A stretch of DNA of 39,735 nt from Caldilineaceae bacterium (GCA_020433455.1 JAGRCP010000046.1:1-39735), one strand, 5' to 3'; positions 30,135-38,108 are shown, counted from the stretch's first letter. Program-made: numbers and translations. The notes: generated by a model not told the origin, from the sequence alone.

Positions 30135-30434
30135 CTACTGACCTGAAGCGCTGCGTGCATCATCAACCAGATTCTCGATCAGCCCTGTAAGGGTGTCTTC
30201 AGCGACATCCAACTGCGCCAGAGGAGAGGTCGCTGACTGCGCGTAGATCTGCCCGAGAACGGCCGTGCGCTGTTCTCGTTGCTGTTCCAGTTCTTCAAGT
30301 CGTTCAATCGGAATCAGGGCGATTGCCGGTTTTCCGGAACGTGAGACAATGTAGGTATCCTTGCCGTACATCACTTCGTTCATCACCTGTGCGAAGTTAA
30401 TGCGCACGTCTGTGGCGGAAATAGTTTTGTTCAT
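30135..30434 (-). CDS. Phd/YefM-family type II antitoxin (no adjacent toxin)
   Basis: The sequence MNKTISATDVRINFAQVMNEVMYGKDTYIVSRSGKPAIALIPIERLEELE is the Phd/YefM fold. The protein is 99 aa. Confidence 0.75.
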   Translation of the reverse strand: MNKTISATDVRINFAQVMNEVMYGKDTYIVSRSGKPAIALIPIERLEELEQQREQRTAVLGQIYAQSATSPLAQLDVAEDTLTGLIENLVDDARSASGQ

Positions 30435-30560
30435 AAATGGCGCCTTTTTGTAAATCAGGATACGCTGTCTACCAGTACATAAAATGTACATTTTGTATAA
30501 GTGTCCTACGTTAAAATTGTTGCGTAGTCAAGGGCGCGTCTGCCGCGGATCTAATTCAAT

Positions 30561-30776
30561 TTTGGGGCAGGATTCAGAATCGGTGGGTAGATTCTTCGCT
30601 GGAGGTTAGGGACGCCTGAACATTTTGGGTTAACCCGCTCAGAATGACAGCGCGTCTTGTTTTGTCATTCTGAGCGGATCGCCACAGCCGCGTCATGACA
30701 GCAGAAGGTCAGCGAAGAATCTTGCCTGGGATAGTCAGGGGGGTATTTCACGCTGGGGGCAGGATCCAGAATTCGA
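30561..30776. repeat. Nested inverted-repeat element flanked by about 20-bp direct repeats (MITE-like / structured ncRNA candidate)
   Basis: The inner 15-bp perfect stem pairs 30636-30650 with 30665-30678 (CCGCTCAGAATGACA / TGTCATTCTGAGCGG). The outer 13-bp perfect stem pairs 30590-30602 with 30711-30723 (AGATTCTTCGCTG / CAGCGAAGAATCT). The element is flanked by direct repeats GGGGCAGGAT(T/C)CAGAAT(C/T)(G/C)G at 30566-30585 and 30757-30776, the first copy preceded by TTTT. Confidence 0.5.
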
Positions 30777-30945
30777 GCCGCAAAGGGTTAATATCAGCCG
30801 AAATACCGTCCAATCCGGCCCAAATTTTGCCTGAATTACGATCGCTCCCCCAAATTGAAATGCACTTGTCTGCCGGACGACCGCAAGGGTCGCACTCTAC
30901 CCCAGCATTATTTTCTGTAGTGGCGTAGGCGCGTATGGGCATATA

Positions 30946-30989
30946 AAAAGCGGCCGTCATCTTGCTGATGAGACGACGGCCGCTTTTTG
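30946..30989. terminator. Bidirectional rho-independent terminator (AAAAAGCGGCCGTC...GACGGCCGCTTTTT)
   Basis: A GC-rich 9-12 bp stem is flanked by an A5 run on one side and a T5 run on the other. It lies immediately 3' of bcp on the minus strand. Confidence 0.8.
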
Positions 30990-31025
30990 AGTAGGGTTTT
31001 CGATGAGCGTTCTTGCTATGGGCGC

Positions 31026-31487
31026 TTATCCCAGCGCTTTGAGCGCGGCGGGCGCACTCTTTTTGGGACTGATCTTGTACTGTACATCGACCAGCTTCCC
31101 GGCTTCATCAATGACAAACTGGCTGCGGATAATGCCCATATATTTGCGGCCATACATGGATTTCTCGCCCCACACGCCATAGGCATCGGCGATGCTGTGA
31201 TCCTCATCCACCAGGAGGGTGAAGGGCAGATCGTACTTGCTGCGAAACTTTTCGTGGGAGGCCACGCCGTCGGGGCTGACGCCCAACACCACGGCGTTCT
31301 TCTCTTCAATTTCAGGATAGACATCGCGCAGGCCGCACGCCTGGGTGGTGCAACCGCTGGTATCATCTTTGGGATAGAAGTAAAGCACCACGCGTTTCCC
31401 CGCATAGTCGCTCAGGCGGACGGTATCGCCGCTGTCGGTGAGTGCGCTAAAGACCGGGGCCGATTGGCCGACTTCCAGGTTGGTCAT
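31026..31487 (-). CDS. bcp: Thiol peroxidase Bcp / peroxiredoxin Q
   Basis: The motif FYPKDDTSGCTTQAC carries the peroxidatic and resolving Cys, and the fold is thioredoxin-like. The protein is 153 aa from MTNLEVGQSAP. Confidence 0.85.
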   Translation of the reverse strand: MTNLEVGQSAPVFSALTDSGDTVRLSDYAGKRVVLYFYPKDDTSGCTTQACGLRDVYPEIEEKNAVVLGVSPDGVASHEKFRSKYDLPFTLLVDEDHSIADAYGVWGEKSMYGRKYMGIIRSQFVIDEAGKLVDVQYKISPKKSAPAALKALG

Positions 31488-31563
31488 GGATGAAGTTCCT
31501 TGCTGGTAGAGAATACAAATTGTCGACAAGCCATCAAATTCTACCTGGAAGTATACCAAACCT

Positions 31564-32370
31564 TTATGTAGGGCGGGAGACGGAACCGGCGGCCGCGCGC
31601 GGGGCGGTGCGCGCCTTGCTCCCTTTCGGCTTGGCTGAAAAAATGCGGTAATAGGTAGCAAAGAGTACGCTGGCGCCCGTGAACAAATATACGGCGTGCA
31701 TGGCAAAATGCCCGCTATCGCTGCCCTCCATGAGACCGTGGATCAGGGCCAGCACAAAGGCGACATAGGCCAGATAGTGAAAGGCGCGCCACGCCCGCCG
31801 TCCGATCCGCTTGCGCACGTAAAAGCTTGCAATCAGGGCCGTCGAGAGATAGAAGGAAACCGTCCCCAATCCAGTCCACACCGGCTTGTAGGATGCCGTA
31901 AACGGCAACAACAAATCGCGTAGCTGGAAGTGAATGTACTGGTCGCCCAGCAGGACCAGCGCATGCACCGCAGCGAAAATGACGGCCAGAAAGGGAAAGA
32001 ATTCATGCAGACCGAAGAGCAGCGCAGGCTTGAGGGCCCCTTTGGTCAGCTTGCCGCTCATGGCCACGCCCCAGAAGGTTGCAAACCAGAGCAGGAGATA
32101 AGCGACGATGCCGCCGGCACGGGCCATATACCAATAGGCGGGCGTGTCTTCCGTCAGGGGCAAAGCCATGATCGTTGCCTCTTGGCGCAACGTGTCTGTG
32201 ACCGCGGAACCGGCCGCAGTAAGAGCCGCGGGTTCGCGGAGCGCCATGGTCGGGAGCAGTGTTGCTGCGGTCAGTACGGCAATCGCGCCGATAAGACTGC
32301 CGACCAGCATAATCAGGATGTCGGGGCTGCGTGTGGAATGGGTTTGGGTAGTCATGAGCTGTTTCCTCAA
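31564..32370 (-). CDS. Ferric-reductase-like / MsrQ-like di-haem transmembrane protein
   Basis: It has six predicted TM helices. There are two His pairs at H-x13-H spacing (LHEFFPFLAVIFAAVHAL and FHYLAYVAFVLALIHGL), which is typical of bis-haem b ferric-reductase domains. Confidence 0.6.
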   Translation of the reverse strand: MRKQLMTTQTHSTRSPDILIMLVGSLIGAIAVLTAATLLPTMALREPAALTAAGSAVTDTLRQEATIMALPLTEDTPAYWYMARAGGIVAYLLLWFATFWGVAMSGKLTKGALKPALLFGLHEFFPFLAVIFAAVHALVLLGDQYIHFQLRDLLLPFTASYKPVWTGLGTVSFYLSTALIASFYVRKRIGRRAWRAFHYLAYVAFVLALIHGLMEGSDSGHFAMHAVYLFTGASVLFATYYRIFSAKPKGSKARTAPRAAAGSVSRPT

Positions 32371-32417
32371 TTGAATGTTATTCGATAAGCGTCGGGTTAA
32401 ATGTGCAGCCGTCGCCC

Positions 32418-32888
32418 TTATGAGCTGCCGCTCTTGGACGAGCCGCCGCTACTATTGCTGCCGCCGTTGTTATTGTTGCTGCTGCGGCTGGGCGGTGGCG
32501 GGACCGGCTTCTGGGGCAGAGCAGGAAGGGGCTCCAGCGTAGGCAGCGGCGCCAGGGCGGACATGCCGGGTAAGGCAAGGTCTACAGGAGCGGCCGCCTC
32601 CGCCTCGTCGAGTTGGTGCGTGATAAAGTCGGCCGTGTTTACGCGCAGGGTGGGGATGGACGCCGGCGTGGGCAGGGCGGCAATGTCCGGCAGCCCAGGC
32701 GTGACGGTCACTGCCTGCACCGGCTGCTCCGGGAGCGCCTCGGACTGGGCTCTGGCCGCCTCCAGGTGGCCGATCGCGCCCCAAACCCCGATCATCGACG
32801 TAATCGCCAGGGCGGTGGCCGTGGTTTTGGCCGGCAGAGAAAATTTACTGGGTCCTACAGGTTGTGGTTTCATATCAATCATCCTCAT
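32418..32888 (-). CDS. Membrane-anchored Pro/Ala-rich hypothetical protein with Asn/Gly/Ser-rich C-terminal tail
   Basis: It has a single N-terminal TM segment (ALAITSMIGVWGAIG), then a Pro-rich extracytoplasmic region and an NNNNGGSNSSGGSSKSGSS tail. It lies between the ApbE and MsrQ-like genes. Confidence 0.4.
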   Translation of the reverse strand: MRMIDMKPQPVGPSKFSLPAKTTATALAITSMIGVWGAIGHLEAARAQSEALPEQPVQAVTVTPGLPDIAALPTPASIPTLRVNTADFITHQLDEAEAAAPVDLALPGMSALAPLPTLEPLPALPQKPVPPPPSRSSNNNNGGSNSSGGSSKSGSS

Positions 32889-32960
32889 AATTTTCGGGCA
32901 AATTTTTGTGCAGCAGAATTAACCGTACGACGGAAACATGGCTTTCGTCGGGTTTCCGGT

Positions 32961-33903
32961 TTAGCACGACTGTACTGGGTGTAAATGACGTTCAGGCGGA
33001 GAGACGGTGAGCCGGGAAGCCAGCCCATCAGTAGCATAGAGCCTTCCGTCCTGAGCCTGAAGTAGAGCATCCACGCCCCGTTGCGTCAGGAAAGTCAGTC
33101 CGGCGCGGCTGCCCAGAATCAGTGCGCTCTTGGCATAGATCTCAGCGATGGTCGCCCGGGGCGCCAGAACAGTAACGGCGAGCAAGTCGGTATCCGCGGG
33201 TTGACCCGTGCGCGGGTCGATAATATGGTGGCGCATCCGCCCATCCCGCTGCCAGCGACGCTTGATCACCGTTGACGTGGCGACCGCACTGTGGCTGACC
33301 GTCACTGTGGCCACGCCGGCATCCGGATTCAATGCGTCTTCTATCTCGATCCGCCAGCCGTCCGTTGTCCCCGGCGTACCATAGGCATAGATATCCCCGC
33401 CGGCATTGAGCAGAAACGGCCCTTCCTTGTAGAGCAAATCGGCGCAGCGATCCACCGTCCACCCTTTCCCGATTCCGCCCAGATCCAGGCGGAGCTCGCA
33501 GGGGCGGCGCACCCGACAACCGTTGCGATCAAGCACCACATCCTTCATGGTAAAGTGACTGTGCGATGAGCCGTCCGCGCGCCAGCCTGCTACGGTTGGC
33601 GTCGTCTGGTCGGCGGCTATCTCTTCAAAGCTACGGTCGTAGCCCGCCCTTTCCAGACTCGGCAGGATGGTCGGATCAAAGAGACCTTGCGTACTGGAAG
33701 CCGCCCACTGCGCGGCTTCCAGTACGGCGAACAACTCGTGGCTCACGTGTTGTTCAGGCCGTTCGCTGCGGTTGAGCAGACTTAACTCGCTGTCCGCACG
33801 GAACCGGGAAAGGCGTTGCTCGCTGCGGGCGAAGGTCGTCTCCACATACCGGGCCAGGCTGGGGCGGGTTGAATACAGCAGGACGGAGACGTTGGTGTTC
33901 ATG
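32961..33903 (-). CDS. apbE: FAD:protein FMN transferase ApbE
   Basis: The motifs RFRADSELSLLN, LGGIGKGWTVD, NAGGDIYAYG and HHIIDPRTGQP are ApbE signatures. The likely start is MNTNVSV at 33903. The Met/Thr-rich N-terminal extension of the listed ORF is an out-of-frame read of the upstream gene's repeat. Confidence 0.85.
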
Positions 33904-33987
33904 GCTCGAAATTGGCGTTCCGTCCAGGCTGCTCCGCCGGCGGGGCTTACAGCCGCAAATCCCGCAGCGGTTGGTGCGCCCGGCATG

Positions 33988-34674
33988 TTAGTCGTCATCG
34001 TGGTCGCCGCCGTGGTCGTCATCATGATCGCCGCCGTGATCATCTCCATGATCATCTCCATGATCATCACCGTGTTCGTCATCGTGTTCGCCTGACTCAT
34101 GCTCTTCATGGTCGTCATCATCGTCTTGGTGGGCGCTGTTGTTATTATTGTCGCTGCCGCCCCCGTTGCCGCCGGGACGAGCTGCTTGGGCAGCCTGTTG
34201 TGCCGCCAGATCGTTGTAGGCCGTCTGAAGTGAAGCCAGGGTCGTTTCCAACTGCCGGCGCAGTTGCGTTTCGTTGCCTTGAAGCGCCGTTACTTGCTGG
34301 GTGTAGGCCTGGGCGTCCTGCTCCAACGCAGCCTGGGCGGTTTGGAGTTGGGCCTGCAGATTGGCGACGGCGCTCTCCCGGGCGGTGATTGCCGCCTGAT
34401 CGGCCTCTACGGCAGACTGGGCCGCTTCTATCTTTGCGCTATACTCAGCGTCCATATTCGCCAGTACTTGCTGCAACTCTGCAACGTTGGCCTGGAGCGC
34501 CTTTTCCTGCGCAAGCTGGGGCGCTTCAGCCTCGGTAGACGTGACAACCGCAACATCTGTTGTCTCCGGCTGGGCCGCGCTGCGGGCACGGGCCTGACCG
34601 GTCAGCACAACAAGCGGGCCGGCGATTAAAATAGTCAGTAAAGCGGATAGTAAAAAGGCGTGTGAGCGCTGCAT
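33988..34674 (-). CDS. Signal-anchored coiled-coil protein with Gly/Asn linker and His/Asp-rich C-terminal tail (putative periplasmic metal-binding, Spy/CpxP/ZraP-like)
   Basis: An N-terminal TM/signal segment is followed by about 150 aa of Gln/Ala/Leu-rich heptad helix carrying a VTALQ LTxxQ-like motif. The C-terminus is HQDDDDDHEEHESGEHDDEHGDDHGDDHGDDHGGDHDDDHGGDHDDD. An AAAGGAGA RBS precedes the ATG. Confidence 0.55.
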   Translation of the reverse strand: MQRSHAFLLSALLTILIAGPLVVLTGQARARSAAQPETTDVAVVTSTEAEAPQLAQEKALQANVAELQQVLANMDAEYSAKIEAAQSAVEADQAAITARESAVANLQAQLQTAQAALEQDAQAYTQQVTALQGNETQLRRQLETTLASLQTAYNDLAAQQAAQAARPGGNGGGSDNNNNSAHQDDDDDHEEHESGEHDDEHGDDHGDDHGDDHGGDHDDDHGGDHDDD

Positions 34675-34764
34675 GTCATTCTCCTTTATCTCTCGCCCGT
34701 CACGGGCGTTATGTTGGCGATGTCTCATCTCTTGCGGATTGATTTCCGGCCTGCGCCGAGTTTC

Positions 34765-35271
34765 TTACCGTCCCAGCACCTGGTTGACTTCATCCAGCCG
34801 GGCCTGCGCTTCATTGATCTGGGCTGTAATCATCTGGGCGCGGGCCGCGTACTCGGATTGGGCGCCTTGCAGCTGCTGTGCGTATTGGGCGCTGCGCCCG
34901 GCGCGTGCAGCCGTGAATTTTTCCAGCTGTGCGCTCAGCGCTTCCTCCTGCTGAATCAGGGCCGTCAGCTTTTCATCTGCTGCGTTCTGGGCATTGGTCA
35001 AGGCGGTCAATTGGTCGGCAAAGATTGCCTGACGTTCGTCAATGGTGCGCTGAAGTTCACCCGCCTGCTTTTGCAGAGTGAGCGCACGATCTACGTAAAA
35101 TGCCGTATCCGCTTCAGTGCTTGCTTCTGTATTCATTTCTGTACTTGCGTCCGTTGATGCTGATGCCGCTTCGGCCGTCAGGCCCATTGCGGGCGCGAAG
35201 CTAAAGAAAAGCACGGTTGCGGCCAGTGCGACCGTCATGGTGACAACGAAAATGACAACTGTACTCCGCAT
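34765..35271 (-). CDS. Signal-anchored coiled-coil protein, paralog of the downstream gene (Spy/CpxP-like size, 168 aa)
   Basis: An N-terminal hydrophobic segment and an acidic ASTDASTEMNTEASTEAD stretch are followed by a Gln/Ala/Leu-rich helix that contains LTNAQ (LTxxQ). Confidence 0.5.
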   Translation of the reverse strand: MRSTVVIFVVTMTVALAATVLFFSFAPAMGLTAEAASASTDASTEMNTEASTEADTAFYVDRALTLQKQAGELQRTIDERQAIFADQLTALTNAQNAADEKLTALIQQEEALSAQLEKFTAARAGRSAQYAQQLQGAQSEYAARAQMITAQINEAQARLDEVNQVLGR

Positions 35272-35536
35272 GGTTCAAGCCTCCTGTTTCACTGGGATCC
35301 GCTTGTTCTCCGGGCCACCTATATGGCCGGGGGCAGGAGCGGATGCTGGTCGAATCTTCCCGGCGAGCATTGCGCCCGCCGGCCCAGTGTAACAAAAATT
35401 GACCGGGCGGTGGTTAGGTCTGAATTATGCGTATGTTAAGCGTTTCTTTAATCCTGACAGGATTCTTGAGAGGGGTATCGAGCGGATCGTTGATGGGGAT
35501 AATTGCCGGGGAGCGTGCAGGGGGAAGCGCTGGAGG

Positions 35537-37135
35537 TTACCGGCTGGGGATAGGGAACGCTATGGTAAAGGCTGTGCCCTGCTTTTCGGTGCTGGAGACG
35601 CTGATACGGCCGCCGTTTTGCTCTACCAATGTTTTGACAATGGCGAGTCCGAGACCGGCCCCCGTACCCTCGCCCCTCTGCAGGCGGCTACGCGCCGGGT
35701 CAACGCGGTAGAAGTATTCGAAGATATGCGCCAAATCCTCGGGCGGAATTCCCGGGCCCGAGTCGCTGACGACAATTTTCGCAACGCCGGTCCGGCCCGC
35801 CGTCTGTTCGGTCTCGACGCGCAGGGTGACGCTCCCCCCGGGCGGGGTGTACTTGACCGCGTTATCCAGCAAATTGAGCACGACGGTTTCGACTTCATTG
35901 GCGCGTACGCTGAGCGGGGGCAGCAGTTCTTCAACGCTCACGGCAAAGGTGAGGCCGGCGTCCTTCATGCGCATGCGCATGGCGCGCGCCACGTCGAGAA
36001 GCATGGGGCGTATATCTGTCGGCGCTTCCGGCGGCGGCGGTTCGCGATTCTCGATCTTGCTCAGATCCAATAGGGTAGCAGCCAGCCGGCCCAGGCGATC
36101 CGCTTCGCTGTCAATCTCATGCAGATAGCGCTTGCTTAGCGCCGGGTCCTCGCCGTCCAGCGTCAGGAGGGCTTCACTGCGCAGCTTGATATTGGTCAGC
36201 GGCGTGCGCAGCTCATGGCTGGCATTGGCGATGAAGAGTCGTTGGCGGCGGATCATCTCCTGCAGCTCGCTCACCATGTAGTCGAAGGTCCGCGCCAGCG
36301 AGCCAATCTCATCGATTGAGTCAATATCTGCGCTCTGGGACAGATCGCCGGAAGCCACAGCCAATGCGGTTTCCTGCAGGCGTTGGATGGGGCGCACCAA
36401 ACGGCGCGCCAGGAAGATGCCCAGCACCGTGGCCAGGGCCAGCGCCGCCGCGCCGGCCAGTAAGAGGGTCAGCGCGAGCCCCCGAATGGGGGCAAGTACG
36501 TCGGACATGGGTTGAGCCATGCGCACAACGCCGAGCAGATTGTCGCCGATTTGCACCGGTGCAGCAGCAAACATATAGCGCACATCGCCCGCGGGATCGG
36601 TTCGAATATCGTGCTGTTCGACAAGCTGGGTTGCGGCCTGAAATTCGGGCGTGAGCAGTTGGTTGCCGATGGCCGCGGCCGAACCGCGGCTGTCTACGAT
36701 TGCATCGCCGCGCACGTCGAGGATTGTGACCCAGAGGCCGTCCTGTTGAGCGTAGCGGTTGGCCAAATGTTGCAGGCCATTTGTGCCCGGCGCGTTCGCC
36801 GTAAGGCCCTGGTCGCCCGCGTCGTCTTCTTCTCCGGCCGAATCTTCCCCGTCGTCGCTCTCTTTTCCGTCATGACTTTCTCGCCGCTCGTATTCTTCCA
36901 GCTCGCTGGAATATCCGCTGAGCGGATCTTCCAGGGCGTTCGCGGCCAACAAGGCTTTTACCTCCAGATCGTGTTCGGCCTGGTCGATCTGGACGCTGTA
37001 GACAGCGTTAATCACCAGCGCCATGAGCAGGCTCAGCACAATTAGAACGAGCAGGCCATAGCTGGCGATCAACCGAAACTGGAGACGCTGACGCCAGGGG
37101 ATGCGGGATGGGACGGGCAGAGCCTGTTTATTCAT
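35537..37135 (-). CDS. Sensor histidine kinase (two TM, acidic periplasmic sensor, HAMP, HisKA, HATPase_c)
   Basis: The H-box is HELRTPLTNI, the N-box is LLDNAVKYT, and the G-box is GTGAGLGLAIVKTLVEQNGG. The periplasmic loop contains ESHDGKESDDGEDSAGEEDDAGD. Confidence 0.88.
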   Translation of the reverse strand: MNKQALPVPSRIPWRQRLQFRLIASYGLLVLIVLSLLMALVINAVYSVQIDQAEHDLEVKALLAANALEDPLSGYSSELEEYERRESHDGKESDDGEDSAGEEDDAGDQGLTANAPGTNGLQHLANRYAQQDGLWVTILDVRGDAIVDSRGSAAAIGNQLLTPEFQAATQLVEQHDIRTDPAGDVRYMFAAAPVQIGDNLLGVVRMAQPMSDVLAPIRGLALTLLLAGAAALALATVLGIFLARRLVRPIQRLQETALAVASGDLSQSADIDSIDEIGSLARTFDYMVSELQEMIRRQRLFIANASHELRTPLTNIKLRSEALLTLDGEDPALSKRYLHEIDSEADRLGRLAATLLDLSKIENREPPPPEAPTDIRPMLLDVARAMRMRMKDAGLTFAVSVEELLPPLSVRANEVETVVLNLLDNAVKYTPPGGSVTLRVETEQTAGRTGVAKIVVSDSGPGIPPEDLAHIFEYFYRVDPARSRLQRGEGTGAGLGLAIVKTLVEQNGGRISVSSTEKQGTAFTIAFPIPSR

Positions 37136-37150
37136 GATGTCGTCTATTTG

Positions 37151-37894
37151 TTATTTGTGATCGGCGATCTCATCCGGGGCGACGAGACGATATCCCACGC
37201 CCCGGATCGTGAGCAGCAATTCCGGCTTGCTCGGATCCCGCTCCAGCTTTGCGCGCAGCCAGCGCATGTGTACATCCAGCGTACGCGGATCGCCGATCCA
37301 CTCCGCGCCCCACACCTGATCCACCAAATCGCCCCGCTTCACCGCGGCGCCCTGCGCATCGAGCAGCGCTATCAACAAGCTGTATTCCCGCTGCGAAAGA
37401 TGCACCGGTTCATCATCCACCGCCACCTGGTAGCGCGCCCGATTGACGCTTACGTGGCTCAACTGCACGACGGCGGATTCCTCCGGGGGGGCAGTCTCGG
37501 CCGGGGGCGTTTGCTGCGCGCTGTCCATGGCCACCCGCCGCAATACGGCGCGAATGCGGGCGATGAGTTCCCGTGCGCTGAAGGGCTTGGTGAGATAATC
37601 ATCCGCACCCAACTCCAGGCCCAGAATGCGGTCCATTTCTTCTCCCCGGGCAGTCAGCATGATGATGGGAACGCCACTCTCGGCGCGCAACTCGCGGCAG
37701 ACTTCCCAGCCCTGCTTTTTGGGCATCATGATATCCAGCAGGACAACGTCCGGGTCTATCGCCCGCGCCTGGGCCAGCGCATCTTCGCCGTCGACTGCGA
37801 CGTGTACGACAAAGCCTTCGCGGCGCAGTTGCAATGCCAGGGGATCGATGATCATCGGATCGTCATCCGCCAGCAAGATAGTCTCATCGGCCAT
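37151..37894 (-). CDS. OmpR/PhoB-family response regulator
   Basis: The receiver domain has ILLADDDP and the phospho-accepting Asp in VVLLDIMMPK. The C-terminal winged helix ends in GVGYRL. Confidence 0.9.
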   Translation of the reverse strand: MADETILLADDDPMIIDPLALQLRREGFVVHVAVDGEDALAQARAIDPDVVLLDIMMPKKQGWEVCRELRAESGVPIIMLTARGEEMDRILGLELGADDYLTKPFSARELIARIRAVLRRVAMDSAQQTPPAETAPPEESAVVQLSHVSVNRARYQVAVDDEPVHLSQREYSLLIALLDAQGAAVKRGDLVDQVWGAEWIGDPRTLDVHMRWLRAKLERDPSKPELLLTIRGVGYRLVAPDEIADHK

Positions 37895-38058
37895 ATATCA
37901 TCCGTTTCACTTCATTTCGTTGAACGTATCGGGCTCTTTTTGACCACGTCCATTCATTTGCGTCATGCCTGACGGGGATTGTTCCTGTCGCCCCAAGCTG
38001 CCCCGTATAGCATGCCCGAATCCTTTCGTCCTGTGGTCAAGTCCAGGCTAGGAGTCGG

Positions 38059-38108
38059 TTAAGCCTATGTTAAGAACGCTGGATCCAGCGTTCTTAACAT
38101 AGGCTTAA
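38059..38108. repeat. 50-bp perfect palindrome (25-bp arms, no spacer, centred on GGATCC)
   Basis: TTAAGCCTATGTTAAGAACGCTGGA|TCCAGCGTTCTTAACATAGGCTTAA was checked base by base. It lies in the divergent intergenic region between the response-regulator start and the downstream membrane-protein gene. Confidence 0.9.

Noticed and set aside
30110-30135. tRNA-like T-arm motif GGTTCGTATCC
   Set aside because: There is no compatible acceptor, D or anticodon stems in the preceding 70 nt. The local sequence is just a short palindrome, ATACGgttCGTAT.
31600-31650. TGAS motif in the MsrQ-like protein as a possible ApbE flavinylation site ([ST]GA[ST])
   Set aside because: The motif lies inside a predicted transmembrane helix (VYLFTGASVLFATYY), not in an extracytoplasmic FMN-binding domain, so it is most likely coincidental.
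33904-34121. Met/Thr-rich N-terminal extension of the apbE ORF (MMTTMKSMSQANTMTNTVMIMEMIMEMIT...)
   Set aside because: It is an out-of-frame reading of the tandem repeat that encodes the upstream gene's His/Asp tail. ApbE homology begins at MNTNVSV.
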